Part shown: positions 26,310-40,240 of the stretch, one piece after another
Layout of the letters: each line of letters opens with the position of its first letter
Position numbering within the stretch: position 1 is the first letter of the stretch
NCBI GenBank assembly: GCA_964016885.1
Contig: OZ024741.1
Location: forward strand, 394,816,001 to 394,880,000
DNA length: 64,000 nt
DNA from: Eledone cirrhosa
Lineage: Eukaryota
Direction of reading: 5' to 3'
Position numbers and translations under genes: made by a program
Notes under the pieces: model-generated
Seen by the model: only the letters and a program-made list of their open reading frames with translations
Database searches by the model: none
Told to the model about the DNA's origin: nothing

Positions 26310-26527
26310 AAAATGTCTGTGTAGGTGTCACGACAAAAAGCACCCAGCCCACTCTGTAAAGTGGTTGTGTAGGTGTCACGACAAAAAGCACCCAGTCCAC
26401 ACTGTAGAGAGGTCATGTAAAAGACATGGCAAAAAGCATCTAGCACACACTGTAAATGTAGTTGGCACTAGGGAGGGCATCCATCTGTAGAAAACTAGCC
26501 AGAAACAGTCCTATATGAGCGAGATAA
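26310..26527 (+). mobile_element. RTE 3' UTR fragment
   Basis: Three aaaaagcacccag.ccacac units followed by gggcatcca. Confidence 0.8.
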
Positions 26528-26534
26528 TGTGGCA

Positions 26535-26650
26535 AGTCTTATGAATTCAGTATCTTATTTGAAATTTAATTTGACAGGGGGATGTTGACAAAAAAGTTTG
26601 CATCCAAAAGGGGGTGCTGGCTGAAAAAAGGTTGGGAAACCCTGGTCTAG
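26535..26650. mobile_element. hAT-type MITE end fragment
   Basis: aaaaaaggttgggaaaccctg-gtctag resembles a Charlie/MER5-type TIR. Confidence 0.45.
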
Positions 26651-27420
26651 GTCAATGAAAGCAATGTATAGTGGCTTATTTATGGCTAAGAAGAGGGCGT
26701 CTGTAGTACTTTTTCAAACTGCATCTCATGTAATTTGACTCTTTCTCTAATTAGTTGTGCTATAACTCTTTCCATCACTTTCAATTTCTTGGTCCATTAG
26801 TTTTATTCCTCTATAATTGCTCCTTTCTAGGGCATAACTTTTGGTCTTGTAGCAATTTATGATTGTACTGCTGCGCCAGTCATTGGATATGACACCATCA
26901 TGTATTACTTGATTGACTAAGCAGGTTACTAGTTTGATTCCTACTTCTCCTGATGCTTTTAGTGTTTCAGCTCTTATCTCTGATGGTCTCACAGCTTTAC
27001 CATTTTTTATCTTTTTGATTCCTTCTTTAATGCTATAACTGTCAACTTCAATGGCTGGCTCTTCTGTTGGGTGGTTTGGGGTAGTTTCTCTTCCTCCCAT
27101 TCATTCTCTACCTTCATCAATCTCTCATAGTAACATTTCCAGGCTTCTTTCTTTTGAGCAGCAGTGGAGATAAACACACCAGTGTCGTTTCTAACACACT
27201 TTTTCCCAACAACATCATGATTCACACTGACACACTGCCTTGCAATGTGGAACAATTCTCATCTCTGATCCTCACATCTCAGGACATGGGCAAACTTTCT
27301 TTCTTCAGCCTCTCTCTGAACTGTGTATATTTGTCACCTAGCTTCTCTCTTAGCCACCTGGTACTCTTCCTCCCCAATTTTTCCAGTCTTTCCATGCCTG
27401 TCTCTTGGCTTTTGAGCTGT
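26650..27420 (-). mobile_element. RTE fragment (related, older subfamily)
   Basis: MFHIARQCV..VGKKCVRND, NYRGIKLMDQ. Confidence 0.85.
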
Positions 27421-27509
27421 TCCAGCACCAGGTGACCCTCTGAGTGGCTGGTACTCTACGCCAGTCAAATATCTATATACAAATAAATATATATATATAT
27501 ATATATATA

Positions 27510-30500
27510 TGACAAAGATAAAGATAAATTCACCTCCTGTTGCCGGACGAGAATGCAAGGACTCCTCTTTATTTCAGACACGGATGGCTAACATAATCCC
27601 ATCTCTCTCGCTCCTCCCTGCGCCTCCAACCCATCCCTTCCAACGACCCAATGAAATCCAAACCTTCAGAGTTGGTACCATGAATGTAGGCACTTTAAAA
27701 GGTCGCTCTAACGAGGTTGCAGAGATGCTTGAAGGTAAGGAAGTTGATATTTGTTGTGTTCAAGAGACTAGGTGGAGGGGAAGGTCTGCTAGATTCATTG
27801 TGGGTAAAAAAACGATGCTATAAACTTTTCTGGGTGGGAAATGGTAATGGGCTGGGTGGAGTAGGAATTATGTTAGCAGAAAAAATGGGTAGATAAGGTA
27901 ATTGCCGTAAATAGACTGAACGACAGAATAAAATAAGACTTGTCCTAAATAGAACTACTGTGACAATAATATCCGCTTATGCACCCCAATCTGGACTACC
28001 TGACGTTATCAGATTCTATGAGTCGCTAATGCTCACTACCTCCCAAATAACCGACAGTGGCTACATAATTATTGCTGGTGACCTAAATGGCCATGTTGGA
28101 CAACATTGTGACAGCTATGACGGAATCCATGGAGGCTATGGGTTTGTTACTAGAAATGAGGAAGGCTTCAGAATCCTGGAATTATGTGATGCTAATAACC
28201 TAACTATCTGTAACACAAACTTCAAAAAATGAGACAATCACTTGATCACCTATAGATCAGGGGAACACGCCAGTCAGATAGATTATATCCTTACCAGAAG
28301 ACGTGACAGAGTGTCTGTTGTAAACACTAAATCCCTCCCCCGTGAAGAATGCACCTCCCAACATAGCCTCATAGTTAGTGACCTCATAGTCAGGACAAGA
28401 CGTACTCGACATGCTTTTGACAGTAAGGAAGTGCAATTAGAGATGTACGATATAGAGGAACAGTTGGAATTCTTGAAAGTTAACCTGCTGAAGGCAACGG
28501 ATGAAATCTGTGGCTGGAGCAGACCTATAGGCAGGAGGAGAGTAACTTGGTGGTGGAACAGTAAGGTGGAGGAGTCAATCAAGGACAAAAAGCAGGCTTG
28601 GAAAGTATGGTGGCATGGGGGAAGTAGAGAACACTATCGAGTGGCCAGGAGAGAAGCTACGAGACAAGTGTACTTTGCAAGAAGGGAAGCATAGGAAAGA
28701 AAGTTCAAGCATATCCTACAACGCAAGGACCAAAAACGTGAGGTGTTCAGGATTGCAAGACAATGTGTCAAGGAAAACCATGATATTGTTGGGGAGAAGT
28801 GTGTCCGTAATGATGATGGTGTACTTGCCCTCACTGATACTAATAAGAAGGTAGCTTGGAAGTGTCACTACGAGAGACTACTAAATGAGGAGAATAAATG
28901 GGAAAAAGATAGTCTGCCCCAAATCGAATCCACTAGAAGGACCAGCAGTGCAAGTTAAAGGTAGTATAATAAGTAAGGCAATCAAAGATATGAAGACAGG
29001 CACAGCAGTTGAGCCTTCGGAGATAGTTGCTGAAATGCTGAAAGCATCTGGTATGGTGAGACACACTATGGTCACCCGGATAGTAAACCAAGTCATACAG
29101 AATGGGGTCATACCAAATGACTGGTGTAGCAGCATCATCATTAACTGCTACAGGGGTAAAGGAGATGCTCTAGATAGAGGAAACTATAGAGGCATTAAGT
29201 TAGTTGACCAGGTCATGAAGGTCACAGAAAGAGTTATAGCGCAACTAATCAGAGAGCGAATTGATCTAGATGAAATGCAGTTTGGGTTTGTGTCAGGTAA
29301 AAGTACCACAGATCCTCTTTTCCTTGTACGACAACTACAGGAGTACCTAGCTAAAAGTAAACCCCTCTACTTAGCTTTTGTTGACTTGGAGAAAGCCTTT
29401 GACAGAGACCCTCGCTCCATTATCTGGTGGGCTCTTAGAAAACTAGGTGTTGATCAATGGCTTGTGAGAGCTATGCAAGCCATGTATAAAGAAACAGTAG
29501 GCAAGGTTAAAATTAACAAATATAGTGAAAAATTTAGCGTAAAAGTTGGTGTTCATCAAGGATCTATCCTTAGCCCCCTCCTATTTATTATTGCCCTTCA
29601 GGTTATAACAGAGGAGTTCAAGACCGGCTGCCCATGGGAACTTCTATACGCAGATGATTTACTCTCATAGCTGAATCGATGGCGGAACTAGAGAAGAAAT
29701 TACAAACATGGAAGCATGGCCTAGAATCAAAAGGCCTTAAAGTTAACTTTTCTAAGACTAAAGTTCTAATATGTAGAAAGGGAAATAGGGCACAGGTGCC
29801 CTCTGGGAAATGGCCATGCTCAGTGTGTAGGAAAGGAGTAGGCAAAAATTCCATTTTATGTCCCACATGGAAACTATGACAGTGAAACATTGGCATTATG
29901 TGCAGAGGACCTGCGCAGACTGGAGAGGAACGAAGCATTCATGCTCCGTTGGGTGTGTAATAGTAATACACGCAAACAGCAAAGCATAAATTAACTAAGT
30001 GAGAAATTAGGAATAAGAGGGATCAGATGCTGTTTACTCAAGAGAAGACTACATTGGTATGGACATGTGATGTGCATGAAAGACGACAACTGTATAAAAC
30101 AGTGCAGGGCGATCAAAATTGATGGACGTTACAGAGTAGGTAGACTCAGAAAAAGCTGGGACGATTTGATAAATTCCGACCTTACACACTTACACCTTTC
30201 TAAGACAATGTCACTGGACCGAGATCTTTGGTGCTACGCAGTAATACAGAAGACCCGCCTTGCCTATGTACAAAGCAAAACCTACAGTCACTAGGCACCT
30301 CTTAACAAAATATACACCCCAACCCACTACCCCTACTCCATCCTCCCACTCCCACCAACACCACCCTTGCTCTGTAAATTTATGTTGATACCACAACATC
30401 CAGCCCACAATAAATGAGGTTGTGTAGCTGTCACGACAAAAAAACACACAGTCCACGCTGTATTGTGGCCGTGTAGGTAACACGGTAAAAACCTCCCAGT

Positions 30501-30668
30501 CCACACTGTTAACGTGGTTGGTGTTAGGAAGGGCATCCAGCCGTAGAAAACCTGCCAGACAGTCCTATAAGAGCGAGACGACCAATCTTGCCTCAAGTTG
30601 GACAATTCCAGTCTAAACCCATGCCAGTGTGGAAGATAGATGTTAAACGATGATGATGATGATGATGA
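27510..30668 (+). mobile_element. RTE subfamily A, near full length with internal deletions
   Basis: FRVGTMNVGTLKGR APE start, RT ORF 28885-29670, deletion through the PHD at ~29878, GAT tail. Confidence 0.94.
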
Positions 30669-30799
30669 TTGTACAACAGTGTTGTTTATCTTAGTTGTTT
30701 TGTTGTAGCTTCCTGATGATGAGCAGGTCCTAGAGATCCAAAGCACTACACATCAGTAGGTGATAATGAGTGAAAAAGCATTCATTTATGAAATAATTG

Positions 30800-30975
30800 T
30801 GTCTACTTTTGGCACAAGGCCAGCAATTACCGAGTGCATTACTGGTACTTTATTTTATCGACCCCGTAAGGATGAAAGGCAGAGTTAACCTCGGCGGGAT
30901 TTGAACTCAGAATGGAAAGGGCCGTAACTCTATGCGATAAAGCATGGCATCCGACCTTCTACCGATACTGCCAAT
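30800..30975 (-). mobile_element. tRNA-derived SINE (octopus OK/OR-like)
   Basis: ttttggcacaaggccagcaatt..tcgaccccgtaaggatgaaaggc..gatttgaactcag (B box on minus). Confidence 0.85.
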
Positions 30976-31133
30976 CATAAAATAATGGTAGTTAAGACGG
31001 GATCAAATCACCATAATTCTTTATTGCATATATATTTCTGTTACATAGTTATTCATGTGACTTCGTCAGATGCTTGTGCAATCATTGGTGCAGTTATGCA
31101 ATTATATACCGAACCATTTAACTACCATTATTT

Positions 31134-31314
31134 GATTGGCAGTATCGGTAGAGGGTCGGACGCCATGCTTTCTAGCATAGTTACGTCCCTTTACGATCTG
31201 AGTTCAAATCCCGCCGAGGTTGACTTTGCCTTTCATCCTTACGGGGTCGATAAAATAAAGTACCAGTAATGCACTGGGTAATTGCTGGCCTTGTGCCTAA
31301 AGTAGAAACAATTA
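31134..31314 (+). mobile_element. tRNA-derived SINE, same family
   Basis: tggcagtatcggtagag (A box)..gagttcaaatccc (B box)..ggccttgtgcctaaagtagaaac. Confidence 0.85.
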
Positions 31315-31329
31315 TTTGATACTGGCATA

Positions 31330-33297
31330 AATTCCATAAAATGTAGACAATGCAGATCTTGGGTACACAAAGATGCAGTAGATGTACAGGGAGAGTTGGC
31401 AGTAGTAATCGCAGTGATAGACACATTTTTCCAATGCAGTTGGGTTCTATAGAAGTGGTCGATAGCTTCCGGTACCTAGGTGATCAGATTAGCATGGTAG
31501 TGAGACATAGGCAGCAACTGCAGAGGATATGCGACGGCTGGAGAGAAATGAAGCAAGCATGCTCTGTTGGATGTGCAATGTCAATGTGAGTGAACGACCA
31601 AGCATAGACGAGTTGAGAAAGAAACTGGGTATAAGAGGGATAAGTTGTGGTGTGCAGGAGAGAAGGCTGAGATGGTATTGACATGTGATGCGCATGGAGG
31701 ATGACTGATGGGTAAAGAAGTGCCAAGAAATCCCAGTAGAAGGAAGACGCAGTAGAGGTAGACCACGAAAAACATGGACGGAGGTGGTGAGAACAGACCT
31801 CAGATAGCTGAAACTCACCGAGAAGATGACAAAAGGACCGTGACAAGTGGAGAGATGCTGTGCTGAATAGGACCCGTCCAACCCTTGCCAGCAGGGAAAA
31901 ACGGACGTAAAATGATGATGTTTATGATGATATACATACACATATTATATAATACATCAATAGTATATATATATATCAATATATATATATCAATAGTATA
32001 TATATATATACACACGCATATATAGGCAATATGCCCCCACACCCTCACACTGCAAAGTGGTCGTGGAGGTGCCACGGCAAAAAAGCACCCAGCCCACACT
32101 GTAAAGTGGACGTGGAGGTGCCACGGAAAAAAGCACCCAGCACTCACTGTAAATGAGGTTGGTGTTAGGAAGGGCATCCAGCTGTAGAAATCGAGCCAAA
32201 ATCAGTTCCTGTATGAGCAAGGCATGGTCTGCCAACCAGACATGCCCACAACAGGACAACCCATCTAACCCATGATAGCATGGAAGAACGGACGTAAAAC
32301 GGTGATGATGATGATGATACATATGAAATGAAGCAACCATGCTCCGTTGGATGTGCAATGTAAGTGTGGGAGAAAGGCAGAACTTGGACGAGTTGAGGAA
32401 GAAGCTGGGTTTAAGAAGAATCTAAGGTTGTGTGCAAGACAGAAGACTGTGTTGGTATGGACATGTGACGTGCATGGACAATGATCGTTGGGTGAAGAAG
32501 TGCCAGGAAATACTAGTGGAAGGAAGCCACAGTAGATGTAGACCTAGAAAGTCCTAGGCAGAGGTTGTGAGAGCTGACCTCAAATCACTGAGATTCACAG
32601 AGGAGGAGATGACAAAGAAACGAGACGAGTGGAGAATACCATGTTGAGGACCCGTCCAACTTATGTAAGCGTGGAAAAGGGGATGTAAAAAATGATGATG
32701 ATGAAAATGTATATATATATATATAAAGGTGCAGTACAGACTGATCAAAATTGATGGAAGCTATGGTAGACCCAGGAAGAACTGGGACATGGTGATAATA
32801 GCTGACCTTGCGTAATTGCACCTCTCAAAGTCAATGACACAGGATCGAGATCTTTGGCGTTATGCAGTAATACAGAAGACATGCCTTCCTATGTACACGG
32901 ACTCAAATACACTTCTTGTAGGCATCCCTACACTACTATACTCCCCTCCATACACCCCCTACACCCACCCTCTCACTCTAATCCACACCACCCTTGCACT
33001 GCAAAGTTATGTTGGTATCACAAAAAAGCACCCAGCCCACACTGTAAAGTTGTGTAGGTGTCACGGCAAAAAGCACCCAGCCCACACTGTGAAGTGATCA
33101 TGTAGGTGTCATGTCAAAATGCGCCCAGCCCACACTGTAAATGTGGTTGGCATTAAGACGCGCATCCAGCTGTAGAAACCAAGCCAGAAACAGTTCCATA
33201 TGAGCAAGATACGGTCACCTGACCCAACTTGCCTCAAATGGGACAACCCGTCTAACTCATGCTATCGTGGAAAGTAGATGCTAAACGATAATGATGA
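31330..33297 (+). mobile_element. Series of four RTE 3' fragments (31330-31930, 32025-32318, 32320-32705, 32725-33297)
   Basis: Each ends in a (GAT)n tail. Motifs VVDSFRYLGD and RLRWY.HV. Two belong to a subfamily with a short 3' UTR. Confidence 0.85.
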
Positions 33298-33686
33298 GAT
33301 ATATATATATTTACAGTAATGCCTACAATATTTTGTTCCAATTACCAACATGTTATTTTTGTTGTGACAATTATATCTTCCTCTTTCCCTCTTCCTCTAG
33401 GCTATAATTGTCTTTCTGGTCTCTCTCTTAACTTCCACCTACCTACCCTCATTTTGTTTTTTCTTCACTGTACAGCACCAGTCTGGCAAGCATGTTCCAT
33501 TCCATTTCAGACAAATGTCTTCAGTATTTTTTCCCAGCGTTACTATCCAACAAACATTAAGTCCCGTTACTGCTTCAGTTCTCAGACATCATTTCCAGTC
33601 TTCATTTTAACATCTAATTTACTCACCATCATCATTATCATTCTCATCAATGTTTAACTTCTATTTTCCATGCTTGTATGGGTTAG

Positions 33687-33999
33687 TGGTTAGAGCGTTG
33701 GGCTTACAATCGTGAGTTTGATTCCTGGACTGGACTGTGTGATGTGTTCTTGAGCAAGACACTTTATTTCATGTTGCTCCAGTTAACTCAGATGTAGAAA
33801 TGAGTTGCGACATCATTGGTGCCAAGCTGTATTGGGCATTGTCTTTCCCTTGGACAACATCGATGGCGTGGAAAGGGGAGACTGGAACGCATGGGCGACT
33901 GCTGGTTTTCCACAAACAACCTTGTCCAGACTTTTGCCTCGGAAGAGAACTTTCTAGGTTCAAATCCCATGGTCACTCATGACTGAAGGGTGTCTTTAC
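33687..33999 (+). mobile_element. tRNA-derived SINE with a 12-bp TSD, inserted into an RTE tail fragment
   Basis: tgtatgggttag at 33675-33686 and 34000-34011. tRNA-like head and cttgagcaagacactttatttc core. Confidence 0.85.
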
Positions 34000-34644
34000 T
34001 GTATGGGTTAGATGGCTGTCACATGCTGAGGCCAATAAAATAAGCAGGATGGGTTGGGAGTCTCAATATGTAAACTAAACGATTAATTCTGTTTTTTTAA
34101 AAAGAATCAATGGAGACAACCTAAAAAATTTAACAATTTTCCAACCCAAATTATTTGGGACCTGAGAGTATCTTGTCGCATAAATATTTTTGTTGTTCTA
34201 AAAGCGGTATCTCAAATAAGAAACTCGCAAGCCAGCAACAACAATTGGCGACAAGCTGGGATTATTGTTGCGGAAGTGTCACTTGCTGTGTAGTTATTAT
34301 GATGATATCTGAATTTCACACATGGTCTCTCTCTTTCTCTCTGTCTTTTTCACTGTATTTTTCTCTCAACATTTCGTATGGGGAAAATAGTTTCAGTTTA
34401 CAAGCATTTTGGGTCACAAATGATCTTCAGGAACGAATTATTTTTGGGAACCAAGATTCCACTGTATTTCCATGCCACAAAAAGAACAAAACAAAGAATT
34501 AAACTACAAAGAGAATGTATACCTTGTTTCTCTGTCTCTCTCTCCATGTATATTTTATACAAACATCCTGTAACCATCATCAATCCCCAAACCGATATTT
34601 CCATGCCACCAAAAGAGCAAAAGCAAGAATTAAACTATAAATAG

Positions 34645-37615
34645 AATCATTAAACTCAGACTAGTCCTCAATAAAACAATGACTACAATTATATCAGCTT
34701 ACGCACCCAATCGGGGTTGCCAGACAAACTTAAGGATAGGTTTTACAAGTCCTTAATGCACACTACTGCCCTAACAAATGACAATGACTTCCTAATCAAT
34801 GCAGGTGACTTTAATGGACAGATTGGGAAACAAAGTGACGGCTTCTATAGAGTCTATGGTTGCCACAGGTTTGGCACAAGAAATGAAGAAGGCTTCAGGC
34901 TTCTAGAATTCTGTGACTCCAATGACATGTCGATATGTAACACAAATTAAAAAAAAACGACAACCACCTGATCCCCTATAGATCAGAGGAGCATTCTAGT
35001 CAGATAGATTTTATCCTTACCAGAGGTCAAGATAGATGGAAGGTTGTAAACAAAAAATCCTTCCCTGGTGAGTAATGTACCTCCCAATATAAACTAGTAG
35101 TCAGCAAACTTTGAAACAGAAGGCAACCTGGAGAAGTAAGATCTCGAAGCTGAAAGGCCCATCAGCCAGTAACAGATTTAAAGAAATCTTACTCTACGCC
35201 TATGACAGTAAAGAAGAACAGATAAAGACATTCAATATAGAAGAGCACTGGGAGTTCCTAAAAAATAACTTATTAAAAGCGAGAGACGAGATTTGTGGTT
35301 GGAGCAAGACCACAGGAGAGTGATGGAACAATAAGGTAGATGAAGCAATTAAGGCTAAGCATGGAAACAATGGAAGAACGGGGGAAAGCGGATACATTAC
35401 ATAGAGACCAGGAGGGAAGCTAGACGACAAGAATACTTAGCTAAAAGGGAAGCGGAGGATAAAAAATTTAAGCATGTTTTGCAGCGTGAGGACCAGAAAC
35501 AGGTGTTCAAGATTGCAAGGCAATGTGTTAGAGAAAATTGTGATGTCATTGGAGAGAAGTGTGTCTGGAATGATAAAGGTGAGCTTGCCCTCACAAGTGC
35601 AGAGAAGAAAGCTGTATGAAAGATTACTGAATGAACAAAATGCATGGGAGAACGAGACCCTACCCCAACTAGGGCCCAGCAATACAAGTCAGCAACAGTG
35701 TAGTAAGGAAATTAAAGATATGAAAACAGGGAAGGCAACCGGTCCATCAAGTGTAGCTGCCGAGATGCTGAAGGCATCTGGGTCAGTAGGACACACCATA
35801 ACCACACATATTGTTAACCAAGTAATACTAGAGGGCGTCATACCAAATGATTGGCGCAGCAGCATCATTGTTAATTGCTACAAAGGTAAAGGAGATGCAC
35901 TAAATAGAGGAAACTATAGAGGTATAAAGCTGATGGACCAGGTCAGGAAAGTAAAGGAAAGAGTTATAGCACAGCTGATTAGGGACCGAGTAAAACTAGA
36001 TGAGATTCAGTTTAGGTTTGTCCCAAGAAAAAGCACCACTGATGCTCTCTTCCTTGTGAGGCAGTTACAGGAAAAGTACCTAGCTAAAAGTAAGCCGCTC
36101 TACCTGGCATTTGTTGATCTGGAAAAAGCCTTCAACAGAGTGCCCCATGCCATAATCTGGTGGGCTCTTAGAAAACTAGGAGTAGATGAATGGCTTGTGA
36201 AAGCTGTACAAGCGATGTATAGAGGAGCAGTCAGCAAAGTGAGGATTAACAATGACTATAGCAAGCAATTTAGCGTACAAGTTGGCATCCACCATGGCTC
36301 TATCCTTAACCTACTCCTGTTTATTATCATTTTGCAGGCTATAACAGAGGAGTTTAAGACTGGCTGTCCATGGGAACTTCTGTATGTGGATGATCTTACA
36401 CTCATAGCTGAATCTATGATGGAACTAGAGAAAAAATTCTAAACATGGAATCAGGGACTAGAAAGAAGGGGTCTTAAAGTCAACCTGACAAAGACTAAGG
36501 TCCTAGTAAGTAGAAGAGAAAACAGAAGCCAGATCCCTTTGGGGAAATGGCCATGTTCAGTATCTAGGAAAGGCATAGGTAGAAACTCCGTCCTCTGCCC
36601 CATATGGAAACTATGGGTACACAAATTCTGGGAGGGCTCTATAGAAACAATAGACAGCTTCTGCTATTTTGGTGACCGAATTAGCAGTGGTGGTGGGTGT
36701 TCTGAATGTACAGTAGCCAGAGTAAGAAGGGGATGGAGGAAGTTCAGTGAGCTAATACCACTGTTGGCTACAAAAGGTTTCTCCCTCAGAATGAAAGGCA
36801 GTCTGTATGATGCATGCATACAAATAGCTATGTAGCATGGTAGTGAGAACTGGGCGCTGTGTGCAAAAGTCTTGTGTAGATTGGAAAGAAATGAAGCTTG
36901 CATGCTCCGATAGATGTGTAATAGTAATATACAAGAACGGCAAAGCATAAATGAACTGAGAGAGAGACTAGGCATAAGAGGAATCAAATGCTGAGTGCAG
37001 GTGAGGAGATGGCGTTGGTAGGGACATGTAATGTGTATGAAGGATGACAGCTGCATAAAAAGGTGCAGAGCTCATAAAGTCAATGGAAACCTTGGAGTGG
37101 AGAGATCCAGGAAGACTTGGGATGAGGTGATAAAAACCAACCTTGCCCAATTGCAACTCTCAAGGATGATGACACATGACCGAGATCTCTCACATTACGC
37201 AGTAATACAGAAGACACGACTTCCCACGAGCACAAGCCGAAGCAAATACACAGTATACCTCACCCCACTCTCCCATACACTGCAATGAGGCCAGGCCAAG
37301 GTAACTGTAAATTGGACATGTAGGTGTCACAACAAAAAGCACCCAGTCCTCACTCTAAATGAGGTTGGCGTTAGGAAAGGCATCCAGCTGTAGAAACTAA
37401 GCCAGAATCAGTTCTGTATGAGCAAGACATGGTCACCTGACCTAGCATTCCAGCACACACTGTAAATATGGTTGGCACTAGGAAGGGAATCCAGCCATAG
37501 AAAACCAGCCAGAAATGGTCCTATATGAGCGAGACATGGTCACCTGACCCAACTTGCCTCTAAATGGGACAAACGAGTCTAACCCATGCTAGCATGGAAG
37601 ATGAATGTTAAACGA
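34645..37615 (+). mobile_element. RTE subfamily B, degraded
   Basis: APE and RT fragments (ORF 35474-36442), second half of the PHD deleted, composite 3' UTR. Confidence 0.92.
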
Positions 37616-37623
37616 TATTATAC

Positions 37624-37665
<42 letters not shown>

Positions 37666-37668
<3 letters not shown>

Positions 37669-39756
37669 TCATCATCATCATCATCATCATCAACGTTTAA
37701 CGTCCGTGTTCCACGCTTGCATGGGTTTGGACGGGGGTAGTCCCACTTGAGGCAAGAGTGATTGTCTTGCTCGCATAGGACTGTCTGGCAGGTTTTCTAC
37801 AGTTGGATGCCCTTCCTAACACCAACCACATTTACAGTGTGGGTCTGGGAGGTTTTTACCGTGTTGCCTACACGGCCACATTACAGCGTGGACTGTGTGT
37901 TTTTTTGTCGTGACACCTACACGATCTCATTTGTTTCGGCCTCGATGGCGCGGCACCAACAAAACTTTACATAGAACGGGGTGGTGTGGATGGGGTGGGG
38001 GCGGGGGTGGTGGGACGGGGTGTATTTTGTTAGAGATGCCTACTGGCTGGAGTAGGTTTTACTATATATTTAGGTAAGGCGGGTCTTCTCTGTTACTGAG
38101 TACCGCCAAAGGTCTCGGTCCAGTGACATTGTCTTGGAGAGGTGTAAGTGTGTGATGTCGGAGTTTATCAGCTCGTCCCAGGTTTTCCTAGGTCTGCCTA
38201 TTCCGTGACTACCGTCTATCTTTATTGCCCTGCACTTTGTTATACAGCTATCGACTTTCATGCGCATCACGTGTCCATACCAACGTAGCCTTCTCTCGAG
38301 TAAACAACATCTGATCCCTCTTATCTCTAATTTTTTCCTTAGTTCGTTTATGCTTTGCTGTTCACGTATATTACTGTTACACATCCAGCGGAGCATGCAA
38401 GCTTCGTTCCTCTCTAGTCTGCGTATATCCTCTGCACACAATGCCCAGGTCTCACTGCCGTGCAGCATTGCTGTTCGTATGCAGGCATCGTACAACCTAC
38501 CTTTCATTTTTAGTGAGAACCCTTTAGCAGCTAATAGTGGTATAAGCTCTCTGAACTTTTTCCAACCAGTTCTGACTCTAGCTACAGTACTTTCAGAGCA
38601 CCCTCCCCCACTGCTGATTTTATCGCCCAGGTAACGGAAGCTGTCCACTATTTCTATAGAACCCTCTGCGCAATTGAAAGAGCTAGTAGTTTGTGGGCAC
38701 TTGCTGCTACTTATTGCACCAGAGCACCGGCCACATGTAAAATCTATGTTCTTAGTTAGCTTACCTGTGATCCCACTACATCTTTTATGCACCCATACTT
38801 TGCATTTAGGACATAAAATGGAGTTTCTACCTACGCCTTTCCTACACACCGAGCACGACCATTTCCCAGAAGGGACCGCCGCCTTGTTTTCTTTCCTACA
38901 AACTAGTACTTTGGTCTTAGCCAGGTTAATTTTAAGTCCTTTTGACTCTAGGCCGTGCTTCCATGTTTGGAATTTCTTCTCTAGCTCGGCCATTGATTCC
39001 GCTATGAGTGTCAGGTCGTCTGCGTATAGGAGTTCCCATGGGCAGCCTGTCTTGAACTCCTCTGTTATAGCCTGAAGGGCAATAATAAATAGTAGTGGGC
39101 TGAGAACAGAGCCCTGATGGACGCCAACTTTTACGCTAAACTCTTCACTATATTCGTTGTTAATTCTAACCTTGCTGACTGTTTCTTTATACATGGCTTG
39201 TATAGCCCTCACAAGCCATTCGTCAACGCCTAGTTTTCTAAGAGCCCACCAGATAATGGAGCGGGGGACTCTGTCGAAGGCTTTCTCCAAGTCGACAAAA
39301 GCTAAGTAGAGGGGTTTACCTTTAGCTAGGTACTTCTCCTGTAGTTGTCGTACTATGAAAAGGGCGTCTGTGGTACTTTTGCCTGACACAAACCCGAACT
39401 GCATTTCATCTAGGTCAATTCTCTCTCTGATTAGTTGCGCTATTACTTTTTCCGTGACCTTCATGACCTGGTCGATTAATTTAATGCCTCTATAGTTACT
39501 CCTATCTAGGGCGTCTCCTTTACCCTTATAACAGTTAACGATGATGCTGCTATGCCAGTCCTTCGGAACAACCCCATTCTGTACGACTTGGTTAACTATG
39601 CGGGTGACCATGGTGTGTCCCACCGTGCCAGATGCCTTCAGCATCTCAGCAACTATTTCCGAAGGCCCAGCCGCCTTACCCGTCTTCATATCCTTGATTG
39701 CCTTACTTATTATACTCCCCTCGACTAACACTGCTGGTCCCTCTATTGGGTCGATT
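37666..39756 (-). mobile_element. RTE subfamily A, young 5'-truncated copy
   Basis: Uninterrupted 553-aa ORF 38070-39731. (TA)n on both flanks. Confidence 0.96.
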
Positions 39757-39950
39757 ATATATATATATATATATATATATGTATAATGTTTATTAAGTTC
39801 TGGCTTAACAATATATCAAAGATAATTATATAACTTTATTTTGACTCAAAATAGTACCCCAGCATGGCCAGTCTAATAACAAAAACAAGTAAAAGTATAA
39901 AAATATAAAAAAACCTAACTTTCAATAAAAATGCTATTTTTAATACATAC

Positions 39951-40240
39951 CTTCTGACTAAAACACTGGATTGCTGGCAATCTTTTAAAGAAAGTGGCAG
40001 TCTATCTACAGGACATATGCATTGTACCTTGAGGTAGTTTTTTAGACATTGTGTACAAAATGTATGTCCACATTTTGTGTCAATTGGATTTACCAATGGT
40101 TGAAGACATATGTGGCACATCATGTCATCATCAACTGGTTGAAAATAATCGTATAAATGAGTTCCATTTTTTTCATGTAATTGCCCACATGAAACACATA
40201 TAACTGCACTATGGTGCTTCAGCTTGTAATAGCTGCACAT
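39951..40240 (-). CDS. LNX2: Coding part of the N-terminal Zn-finger/RING exon of an LNX1/LNX2-like E3 ubiquitin ligase (exon 40359-39951)
   Basis: CVSCGQLH..HLYDY..VDDDMMCHICLQPLVNPIDTKCGHTFCTQCLKNYL..CPVDR..SSVLVRR closely parallels the LNX2 N-terminus as recalled (CFECGQQH..HLYNY..VDDDLVCHICLQPL..CGHTFC..CPLDR..SSILVHK). Donor AG|GTATGT at 39951/39950. Candidate acceptor TTTCAG at 40360-40365. LNX1 vs LNX2 orthology cannot be resolved here. Confidence 0.88.

Noticed and set aside
31134-31215. tRNA gene
   Set aside because: The A and B boxes belong to a multicopy SINE head, and no complete cloverleaf is evident.
39836-39950. C-terminal hydrophobic tail of the 134-aa RING ORF
   Set aside because: It is read-through past the GTATGT donor into the intron.
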